Assembly (NCBI GenBank): GCA_025839675.1
Contig: CP104013.1
Span: 4,050,001 to 4,082,000 of the forward strand
Direction: 5' to 3'
Length of the DNA stretch: 32,000 nucleotides
From: Candidatus Lokiarchaeum ossiferum
GTDB taxonomy: Archaea; Asgardarchaeota; Lokiarchaeia; Sigyniarchaeales; Promethearchaeaceae
Every line of letters starts with the position of its first letter. Position 1 is the first letter of the stretch. The position numbers and the translations under genes are program-made. The notes under the pieces were generated by a model that was not told the DNA's origin, searched no databases, and saw only the letters and a program-made list of their open reading frames with translations. Positions 1 through 7,864 of the stretch are shown here, piece by piece.

Positions 1-2
1 AT

Positions 3-1553
3 CCTTCTTCCACAGATAAAGAATTAAAGGAAGTAATTCGAAATCTCATTAAGAAAGGAAGTAATTCGGATATTCTTGAATTATGCGAATTATTGACACC
101 GAATATATCGAATCGTATGCGAAAAATTCCCCGCCATGTAAGACATATCTGGTTGTTGTTTTCATATTTTGCGAAGCGATTATTTCAACATCCTGTCGCT
201 CAACCTCATGTCAAAGCTTGGATGCAAAAGTGGATGGGTTTTTTAGCTGAAAGCAATTTTATTTCATCCCAAATTGGAATCAGTATCTCCAAAAGCATTT
301 TTGCTATTGACGATAAATCCCTATCCAATCATTTTTTTTCGATTCTATATAGCTCAGAGATGAATTATTTTAAATTTTTCAGATTAAATGGCGAAATGTA
401 CTTTAATCACGCAATTTCCGCTTATCTTGTTGAATTTCAGGAAGAATCTAAAATTTCACCTCGCCAAATGGAAGATACTTTAAGAGGGCTAATTGCGGGG
501 GGAAATCCTAAACAGATTGAGATTTTACTTGAAAAATTTCCTCAATTTTCAAAACAATATCAAGAAATCATCATGGAAGACCTTTTCTTCTTTGGATTTC
601 GGAAGAATTTCACTCCCTTATTAGATCAACTCCTAAAAAAAGTGGACTTAGTTGAAGATCCAATAATAAAAAACGATCTTTATTCCATCTATACAAAATT
701 GAAAAAAAATCTTAGTGATTTGGAAACAACTCGTCAAAAAACCCTTGATGAACAAAATCGGATGAATGACCTTGAACAGAAAAGAATAAAAATGCTTCAT
801 CAAGAATGGATGAAAAAATCAGGGCCTTCTCCAAATCAAATGGCCTCCATCAGTTCGGAACTCATTACAAAAGTCTATAATCCAGTTATCGAAGCGCACA
901 TTCAAACCTATCGCGAGGATTTGGAACTGTTTTTCACTACTCATACGAAACCAGTGATCGCTTTTGATAACGAGGAATTTCATAATCGAGTTTTTTGTAT
1001 TTTAGGGGTAGTGATATACCCAGATCTATCCTATTCAGTGAAACTAATTTCAGTTGATGATATTTATCCCATCAATGATTCTCACCGGGAATTGATGGAT
1101 GAAATGAAGACTTGGTTGAAATCGTTCCCGAGTTCTCAGGTAATTTCCCATGGGACAAATCAAGCAGAAGGACAAATTATCAAAGATGGGGGTCATTTTC
1201 AGATAAATACACAAGATGTTCTCCACGCGGCCAAATATTTCAACAATCATTATGCCCATCATCTGAAAGGCGAAGGTTTAAAGCATTTTGAAAAAATGAT
1301 TGAATTCGAAAGAAAAGCTTGCCCGGTATTAAAACATGAGATGAGTGGGAGTACATTTTTCAATCTTGCCGAAGTAAGTATGGATCAATTATTATGTGAA
1401 CAGCCTCTATCGGTTTGTGGAATCTGTCACCGAGAACAAGATGTGTTACTGTACTGTCTTGAGGATGCGTTTTCTTCCTTGCTAATTTACATTATTTTCT
1501 CAAATAAAGAACCAATTTTGTGTAAAAATCTCGGATATGAACTTCTAAAATAG
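3..1553 (+). CDS. Hypothetical protein, 5'-partial; helical/coiled-coil N-region plus C-terminal RNase H-like (YprB/PolB-exonuclease-type) domain
   Basis: The listed ORF begins at a TTG (93), but the frame stays open back to nt 3 (PSSTDKELKEVIRNLIKKG...), so the gene probably starts upstream of the window. The C-terminal ~190 aa carry D-x-E (AFDNEEF), LKHFEKMIEFERK and Y-x3-D (LLYCLEDAF) in exonuclease motif order. Paralogous to ORF 12909..13727. Confidence 0.6.
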   Translation, partial: PSSTDKELKEVIRNLIKKGSNSDILELCELLTPNISNRMRKIPRHVRHIWLLFSYFAKRLFQHPVAQPHVKAWMQKWMGFLAESNFISSQIGISISKSIFAIDDKSLSNHFFSILYSSEMNYFKFFRLNGEMYFNHAISAYLVEFQEESKISPRQMEDTLRGLIAGGNPKQIEILLEKFPQFSKQYQEIIMEDLFFFGFRKNFTPLLDQLLKKVDLVEDPIIKNDLYSIYTKLKKNLSDLETTRQKTLDEQNRMNDLEQKRIKMLHQEWMKKSGPSPNQMASISSELITKVYNPVIEAHIQTYREDLELFFTTHTKPVIAFDNEEFHNRVFCILGVVIYPDLSYSVKLISVDDIYPINDSHRELMDEMKTWLKSFPSSQVISHGTNQAEGQIIKDGGHFQINTQDVLHAAKYFNNHYAHHLKGEGLKHFEKMIEFERKACPVLKHEMSGSTFFNLAEVSMDQLLCEQPLSVCGICHREQDVLLYCLEDAFSSLLIYIIFSNKEPILCKNLGYELLK

Positions 1554-1583
1554 CGCTTACTTTTTTGTTTAACACATTACTCT

Positions 1584-1985
1584 TTATCGAAATGTCGAGA
1601 TCTCTCCCTTTCGGATCCACTTATCATCAATATGGGTATACATTGTGATCCATGCGCACACAAAATCCAAATTAACAATGCTACCATCATCCATTTTGCG
1701 CTTTCCAACAATTTTTACTTTGACTAGTGACCAAGCAATTGAACCATCATCTGCAATTTCTATGATGGGTTCCATGATATCCTCGTATTGAGAGAAAGTG
1801 GTGTTATAGAGATAGTTTGTAAATTGCGTTCGAATTTCTTCAACTGTCGGATAATCAATATCGCCATCTTTAATTCGCATGTAATTTTTGTCAATATCTT
1901 TAGTAAACCAGTCCAAATTCTTATCCCAATGTGCTTGTATCATGTCTTTGTGGAGCTGATGAATTTCTGCTTTCCATTTTTTCAT
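1584..1985 (-). CDS. NTF2-like (SnoaL/DUF4440-like) small protein
   Basis: Size and pattern (MKKWKAEIHQLHKDMIQAHWDKNLDWFTKDI...DDGSIAWSLVKVKI...WITMYTHIDDKWIRKGEIS) fit the alpha+beta cone of SnoaL/DUF4440 proteins. I prefer the ATG at 1985 over the upstream hydrophobic extension to 2024. Confidence 0.5.
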   Translation of the reverse strand: MKKWKAEIHQLHKDMIQAHWDKNLDWFTKDIDKNYMRIKDGDIDYPTVEEIRTQFTNYLYNTTFSQYEDIMEPIIEIADDGSIAWSLVKVKIVGKRKMDDGSIVNLDFVCAWITMYTHIDDKWIRKGEISTFR

Positions 1986-2102
1986 GCTTGATTTCAATAC
2001 CATAATAATCACATTTAACATCAAATATTAATTATCAATATCGAACGTTATGAAATAAATGTAATCAATTTTATTTAGGGGTAATTATTTAAAGAAAGTT
2101 TT

Positions 2103-2642
2103 CTAACGATAAATTTTAGGCAAATTCTCCTTTATATGGCGAAAAATTGGATCACTGCTTGGAAGTTGATTTTCTAATTGATTCAATTCATGAACGGTGC
2201 ATTCATTGCAAATTCTCATTTTCTCCAAATAAGTCAAATTTTTTTTGTTTATTGCTTTTTGGATTAATTTTTGGGGAGAAAGAAGATAGATTTCAGCAAT
2301 TTCATCTAAAATTGCTGTAGAGTAATTTTCCCCATGCGCAACTATTAGATATTGGCGTAATTCTTTGGATAAGTGAAATTGATTTCGATGAAAGTACATG
2401 AATGGTAATATTTGCACATATTTATCCCGGGATATTCCATACAATGAGGATCTTTCTCTGGCGTTGAGAAAAGCATTTGTTATTTCAAAAGGAATTAATG
2501 TTTTTATCTCATTTAAATCAACTTTCCATCCTTCTTCCTTGTCAGAAATAAAAGAGATATAGTCTGGACATATATGAAATGGTGTAGAATTAGAAGATTG
2601 GAATTGATTCTTAAGTGGACTCCCTCTTTTTAAATTTTCCAC
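2103..2642 (-). CDS. Hypothetical protein
   Basis: Long ORF with compatible codon usage and no recognised motif. The only early start is a GTG at 2642; the first ATG lies ~80 codons in, so the start is uncertain. Confidence 0.45.
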   Translation of the reverse strand: MENLKRGSPLKNQFQSSNSTPFHICPDYISFISDKEEGWKVDLNEIKTLIPFEITNAFLNARERSSLYGISRDKYVQILPFMYFHRNQFHLSKELRQYLIVAHGENYSTAILDEIAEIYLLSPQKLIQKAINKKNLTYLEKMRICNECTVHELNQLENQLPSSDPIFRHIKENLPKIYR

Positions 2643-2730
2643 AATTATAAATATTGCTAGTTAATTAATAAATTTAACCAATATTCGAGTAATTTTTTAC
2701 TCATATGTGAGTAATTGTGTTAAAAAAAGT

Positions 2731-3216
2731 CTAAGAATCTTTTTCAAATCCAAACCAAGGTCCTTTTTCCAGTTCCTCCATGAAGTAATCTTTATCTTCG
2801 GTGTTCTTTATTGATTTTGCTGCTTCTTTAGCCAATAAATATTCAATTTTTGCATTTTCCACATCTTTATTTAAAGCATAAGCTCTAGCAAGTCCTTCAT
2901 GAGCAAAAGCAAGATCAAAATCCTTAATATTTTCCTTCTCAGTCAAGTTCCAGCATTCTTTAGCATGATGCAAAGCGGGTTCTCCTCTTTTTAATAAGGA
3001 ATAGACATGAGTTAAAATCCACTCTCCTCGTTGATAATTGATTGGTTTACCTACTTGACCCCAAAAAAATCGGGATGTATGTGCTGCAGCAATCATCATT
3101 TCTTTTTCCCAAGGTTTCAACTTGTCCAATTTTTCAATATAATCCCAAGTTTCATTGAAACAAGTTTTAGCTAGTTGGATCTTGATTTCTTGAGTTATTT
3201 TCACATTGTTTACCAT
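2731..3216 (-). CDS. Conserved all-helical (TPR-like) hypothetical protein
   Basis: The pattern CFNETWDYIEK...MIAAAHTSRFFWGQVG...RGEWILTHVYSLL...GDFDLAFAHEGLARAY matches a widespread uncharacterised helical family that I recognise from bacteria. The listed start at 3225 is TTG; the first ATG is at 3216. Confidence 0.55.
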   Translation of the reverse strand: MVNNVKITQEIKIQLAKTCFNETWDYIEKLDKLKPWEKEMMIAAAHTSRFFWGQVGKPINYQRGEWILTHVYSLLKRGEPALHHAKECWNLTEKENIKDFDLAFAHEGLARAYALNKDVENAKIEYLLAKEAAKSIKNTEDKDYFMEELEKGPWFGFEKDS

Positions 3217-3353
3217 TTCATTCAACTAACATATCACCTATTTTCTATAAAAATATATGCGTATTTTCTTAAAAGTCCATTTCGTCGCAATTTACATATT
3301 GCCAATCCTAATTTGAAGCATAGATTTATTTGACGGCAAAGTTAATTATTTTT

Positions 3354-4280
3354 ATGGTCAACGATTTTAACCTTTGTTCAAAAATGTTATCCTTTGAACA
3401 TTTAACTGCTTTAGAACCCACAGGAACTATTTTTCTTTTCCAAAATAATAATATTTTAGCCTTAAAGCAAAATAATGGCTCCAGAATCCCTCTATTTTTT
3501 ATTAAAACAAATAGCAAAGAATGGAAAAATGAAATTGTTCCACAAATTGAGCAATTATCTCATCTGAATTGGAAATGCATTCAGTTTGGAGAGTATCTAA
3601 ACGAGCCAGTTTATATAATGTATTTTTCAAAAGAGACAAACTTCAAAATAATGGAAGGATCTGGTTCTGATAATTCAAACTATTATCTTAAAGACTATCC
3701 AATAAGATACTTGATCCGGCTCGAACCTGGTTTCAATTTATTAATTGCTGGCATCGCTTTTCATATATATACCTGGATAACAACTCATAAATATTGCGGT
3801 GTTTGTGGTATTAAAACTATTGCTTCACCATCTGAATTTGCTCTAAAGTGTCCTGATTGTTCTCATGTTGAATATCCCTTGATCTCTCCTGCCGTTATAA
3901 TTGCTATTACCAAAGGGGATAAAATATTACTCGCCCACAATAATCAATTTCCCCCAAATTTATATAGTGTAGTCGCCGGGTTTGTGAATCCTGGGGAAAC
4001 TTTAGAAGAAGCTGTCGCTCGGGAAGTGAAGGAAGAAATCGGAATTACTATAAAAAATATCGCATATTTTGAATCCCAACCATGGCCGTTTCCCAATTCA
4101 TTAATGCTCGCTTTTACTGCAGAGTGGTCAGAAGGAGTAATTAAGGTAGACAACAACGAAATACATGATGCCAAGTGGTTCAAGTGTGATGAATTTCCAC
4201 AGCTTCCTTCATCCATTAGTGTCGCTCGAAAATTGATTGATCATTTTGTCTCAACCCAGTCTTCCAAACCTCAAAAATAA
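3354..4280 (+). CDS. nudC: NADH pyrophosphatase / NAD-cap decapping Nudix hydrolase (NudC family)
   Basis: Zinc ribbon CGVCG...CPDCSH. Nudix box GFVNPGETLEEAVAREVKEEIGI. NudC-specific SQPWPFPNSLMLAF motif. The listed start at 3330 is TTG; ATGs occur at 3354 and 3384. Confidence 0.9.
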   Translation: MVNDFNLCSKMLSFEHLTALEPTGTIFLFQNNNILALKQNNGSRIPLFFIKTNSKEWKNEIVPQIEQLSHLNWKCIQFGEYLNEPVYIMYFSKETNFKIMEGSGSDNSNYYLKDYPIRYLIRLEPGFNLLIAGIAFHIYTWITTHKYCGVCGIKTIASPSEFALKCPDCSHVEYPLISPAVIIAITKGDKILLAHNNQFPPNLYSVVAGFVNPGETLEEAVAREVKEEIGITIKNIAYFESQPWPFPNSLMLAFTAEWSEGVIKVDNNEIHDAKWFKCDEFPQLPSSISVARKLIDHFVSTQSSKPQK

Positions 4281-4345
4281 GTTGTTCTCATAAAGAAATA
4301 CATTTGAATGGATCTATTTTTAATCCTCAAAACGAATTGTGACTT

Positions 4346-5170
4346 ATGAATTATGTTTTTCCAACGACATTTTTTGCATATCTTGATCTTTTAGGTTTTT
4401 CCCAGTTTGTTTTGAATCTTTCTGCTCAAGAAGAATTTCAGAAAGATCCTTTTCGCAAACAACAAACTCTTCTCTATTACTATAATGTTCTTGAACCTTT
4501 AGTAAATGGGTCGATTTTTGCTCATAAATCTATTCCAAGCCCTGAAAATGTTGAACCAATTAAAAATTACAATAATTTCAAAGTTAAGATTTCAGAATTG
4601 AATTCAATGATTGTGTCTGATAGCATCTTTCTCTGGACTGATGATCTATCAATCGAAGGATTTACTAAACTTTTGCATGTTGTGAAAAGTATTATAAACA
4701 CAAATATGCTATGGGACTTTGGATTTCCGCTTCGGGGGGGAATTAGTATGGGTTCGATCACATATCAACGTATAGATTGGGAAACTCCGAAAATTAATGC
4801 GATTTCGACTCTTGTTGGGGATGCTTTAGTTAAAGCTGCAGCTATTGAGGCTAATCAAGATTGGGCAGGGTGTATGCTTGATTCTGAGATAGTTGAGTAC
4901 TTTAAAGCGCTTGATAATTCCAATGACACGATTAAATATTTAGAGCAACAAAATTTGATAAATCATTACAAATGTCCTCTAAAAACGGTCCCTTCAGATG
5001 CCTATGTTGTTAAATGGCCAGAAGTAAAAGGAAAGGTGAATCTTTCATTATATGATTTGCCGATTACTATGACTTTTCAACGAAATGGTCCAATATTGGA
5101 AACTTCTATTCAACAAAAACTGCAAAATACTCTTGATTTTGTTCATTCACTGCAAAATATCTTAGATTAG
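4346..5170 (+). CDS. Class III nucleotidyl-cyclase-like / palm-domain protein with unassigned C-terminal region
   Basis: Motifs occur in the correct order: FFAYLDLLGFS (D14), MIVSDSIFLW (D92), FPLRGGISMGSI, LVGDALVKAAAIEANQ. The canonical Asn/Arg pair is absent. Confidence 0.45.
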   Translation: MNYVFPTTFFAYLDLLGFSQFVLNLSAQEEFQKDPFRKQQTLLYYYNVLEPLVNGSIFAHKSIPSPENVEPIKNYNNFKVKISELNSMIVSDSIFLWTDDLSIEGFTKLLHVVKSIINTNMLWDFGFPLRGGISMGSITYQRIDWETPKINAISTLVGDALVKAAAIEANQDWAGCMLDSEIVEYFKALDNSNDTIKYLEQQNLINHYKCPLKTVPSDAYVVKWPEVKGKVNLSLYDLPITMTFQRNGPILETSIQQKLQNTLDFVHSLQNILD

Positions 5171-5207
5171 GGCAAAGAAAAATCATTTATTGGAGCTCAG
5201 TTTGGTC

Positions 5208-5216
5208 TTTTTTTTT
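5208..5216 (+). terminator. Oligo-T tract (T9) after the cyclase-like gene
   Basis: ggtcTTTTTTTTTaag lies 38 nt after the stop at 5170. Archaeal termination typically occurs at oligo-T tracts. Confidence 0.4.
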
Positions 5217-5424
5217 AAGATTCATGTAATTTCTGATCTTTTTTAGTTATTACTCGTGTAGGATTCGGTTCTAACAAACTTCCTATAAGCCCAAGGATTA
5301 TTAAGCCCATTGTTATATAGAGAACAATTCCACCACCATTCGGAAATCTTATTATTCCTGCTCCAGCAATAATACCTAATAATCCCACAATTGCAAATTG
5401 GGTTAATTTTGTCATTTGTCCCAT
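5215..5424 (-). CDS. Small membrane protein (2 TM)
   Basis: Two clear hydrophobic helices (FAIVGLLGIIAGAGII, IVLYITMGLIILGLIGSLL). ATG start. Confidence 0.5.
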   Translation of the reverse strand: MGQMTKLTQFAIVGLLGIIAGAGIIRFPNGGGIVLYITMGLIILGLIGSLLEPNPTRVITKKDQKLHES

Positions 5425-5500
5425 ATTCCAGAAATGGTTGATCAGATATTTAAATTGATCTTTGAAAAAAGTTTAATCTATAACGATGAATTTTTGGCTC

Positions 5501-5959
5501 TTACTGAGTTTGATCAATAATTAAAATGACAATTCCTGTAATTAAAAGTAATGTTATATTAAGATAACAGCAAATTAATCCCGCACCTGTATTAATCGAG
5601 CCCCAAATATGATCATTTGCCAATGAATCGAAAAACGCAGCACAGATTATTAATCCAACTCCTGCAATGATTTCGATAATAGGTAATAAGTTTACCATTT
5701 TTCGAGATATCTTTTTTTGAAATCCTTTAATTGCCAATAAGATACTTATAGCCGTAATTAGTAAGATTCCTAAACCAGTAAGAAATAAATCACTCAAGAA
5801 ATCATCTGTTAATCCTTTGTTAAAACCAAAGAACCAGATTTGAATATTTCCAAACCATGTGCTCTCATCTAACGCGGGTAAAATTAAAGATAAACATCCT
5901 AAAATTCCACTAAAAAGAAGTACAATATTATGGGCAACTTTTTTTGATTTAAAGTTCAT
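5501..5959 (-). CDS. Membrane protein (about 4 TM)
   Basis: Four hydrophobic segments, ATG start, same strand as neighbouring membrane ORFs. Confidence 0.55.
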   Translation of the reverse strand: MNFKSKKVAHNIVLLFSGILGCLSLILPALDESTWFGNIQIWFFGFNKGLTDDFLSDLFLTGLGILLITAISILLAIKGFQKKISRKMVNLLPIIEIIAGVGLIICAAFFDSLANDHIWGSINTGAGLICCYLNITLLLITGIVILIIDQTQ

Positions 5960-6037
5960 GTCAAAGACTTTTTTTTAGCCTATATTAATCTATCCTTCCA
6001 CTTTTTTTTTAATCAAAAAAAAATAAAAGCAGCATAC

Positions 6038-6690
6038 TTAAAGGAAGGCTTTTGCCATTAGCAACACCCCGATAGAAAGCATCATGAAAAGTAATATATC
6101 AAATAGTTCCACAAATCCTTCAAAAATGCCTCCAATTCCCTCAACAATTAATCCTAACAACATGAAACATAAGCCGCTAAAAAAGAACCACATTTTCCTT
6201 TTAACATCAACAGAACTTTTTCTAATTCCAAAAATATAAAGATTTAACATCGTCAGTATGATCATTACTCCAATGTAACCTGCAAAACTGAAGAAGATAG
6301 CGTCCATATAATCCATAGTAGAAATATCCGTATTTTCTACATAAATCCAATCAGAAAATATCATAAACCCTGATATTACTAAGGTTACTACAAGAGGAAT
6401 TATGAATCGTATGGGGTGACTCCTTATAATTTTGCTTGAATGAATAATTACTTGCATTGTTGTAAAGAGAAAGAAAACTGCAAACATTAGGGAGATAAAT
6501 CCCGCTCTTATCGAGAATTGCATCAACACCGCATCGTTGAAAAAATAGCATAAAATCCAACTAAACTCAGAGATAAAGCCAGCAATTGGTTTCCTAAGTA
6601 GGATTTATTTTTTTTAAGCAGAAGATAACTGATTAAAAATGATCCCAACGCCAATACCATTTGAAATATATTGACAATGATCTCTAGCAT
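6038..6690 (-). pseudogene. 7-TM membrane protein split into a 55-aa ORF (6523..6690) and a 163-aa ORF (6038..6529) at an A6/T6 run
   Basis: The unlisted upstream ORF MLEIIVNIFQMVLALGSFLISYLLLKKNKSYLGNQLLALSLSLVGFYAIFSTMRC has 2 TM helices. Its TGA overlaps the downstream ATG. Adding one T at 6540..6545 gives a ~217-aa fusion whose junction aligns with the 7-TM protein at 11975..12721. It could instead be a genuine split pair or a sequencing error. Confidence 0.45.
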
Positions 6691-7136
6691 ATCTTATTTT
6701 TAATAAATGAACTTAAGAATATTTTGTATAACTAAAATTTAAAGTATCGATAAAGAATAACTCATTTGGTTGACATTCTGGTTTAAAACTGCCCATTCTT
6801 TATCTTAACAGTAATAAATTAGGATTTATTGCTGTGAAAATTATTTCTGTAAGCTTCCAAGCAAAAAATATTAAGATCATACTTGTTTTGTATGAATTTA
6901 TTCTATTTTTCCTTTTTTCGAAAATAATAGATACGCATGGAGATTAACCTGGATGGGAGTTAGGTTCAGTTAAATTTTGAATTTTAAAAAAAAGAAATCA
7001 ATTTTTTTATCCTGAATATTGTTCAAAATTTCATGAACAACAAGCCTTGCTAACAAATGGTTCCTCGATTATTAATAATATTGGGAAACATTTTTTTTTG
7101 TAACATAAGTGTATTAAAAAAAAATACTGATGTCTC

Positions 7137-7853
7137 ATGGAATCAACAGCACCAAATTCAACTTTATCAAATAATATTCTTGAAATTCAAGATATCGAGA
7201 AAATTTTTAACGAAGGCAAACGAAATGAAGTAAATGTTCTTAAAGGTATAGATTTTCAAATGCAAGCGGGCCAATTTTTTGCTTTAATGGGTCCTTCTGG
7301 AAGTGGAAAGTCTACACTGTTAAACATTGTTGGAGGTCTGCTAAAATCTTCTGCTGGAACAGTTAAAATAAAAAATATTGACATTTATTCACTCAAAGAT
7401 GATCAATTAACTGCTCTTCGAGGTGCAAATATTGGATGGATTTTTCAATCTTTTGGATTGATCGATAATCTAACTGCTCTCGAAAATATAATCGTTCCCT
7501 TGAATTTAGCGGGGATCAAGGATAAAGATGCCTACACTAGGGCAATGGAACTATTATCTCTTGTGGGACTCGAGGATCGTGCTGATCATTTTCCGGATGG
7601 TCTTTCAGGAGGTCAAAAGCAGAGAGTCGCGATTGCAAGAGCTTTGGCTAATGATCCTCTAATTCTCTATGCTGATGAACCAACAGGCAATCTTGACACA
7701 AAAACGGGGGTTGAAATAATAGAGATTTTTAAAAAACTCACCAAAATGGGAAAATCGATCTTAATGGTGACTCATGATGTTAAATTGGCTCATGCAGCAG
7801 ATCAAGTCTTTATCTTAAGAAATGGAAAGGTTGAGGCAGAAATGGAGATTTAA
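7137..7853 (+). CDS. ABC transporter ATP-binding protein (MacB/LolD/FtsE-like)
   Basis: Walker A GPSGSGKST, signature [15 protein letters not shown], Walker [14 protein letters not shown]-loop MVTHD. Confidence 0.92.
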   Translation: MESTAPNSTLSNNILEIQDIEKIFNEGKRNEVNVLKGIDFQMQAGQFFALMGPSGSGKSTLLNIVGGLLKSSAGTVKIKNIDIYSLKDDQLTALRGANIGWIFQSFGLIDNLTALENIIVPLNLAGIKDKDAYTRAMELLSLVGLEDRADHFPDGLSGGQKQRVAIARALANDPLILYADEPTGNLDTKTGVEIIEIFKKLTKMGKSILMVTHDVKLAHAADQVFILRNGKVEAEMEI

Positions 7854-7864
7854 ATCTCAGGATA

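Noticed and set aside
3354-6690. Calling NudC, the cyclase-like protein and the TM proteins a Pycsar/CBASS-type defence system
   Set aside because: The TM ORFs are on the opposite strand and have no recognisable cyclic-nucleotide-binding or sensor domain. The cyclase-like protein lacks the canonical Asn/Arg pair. NudC is a common housekeeping enzyme. I kept this only as a hypothesis in the findings.
6691-7136. The 446-bp AT-rich spacer upstream of the ABC operon as a possible RNA gene or small-ORF locus
   Set aside because: I found no GC-rich stem structures, no tRNA-like or C/D-box-like arrangement, and only ORFs of a few codons. It is most simply a divergent promoter region.
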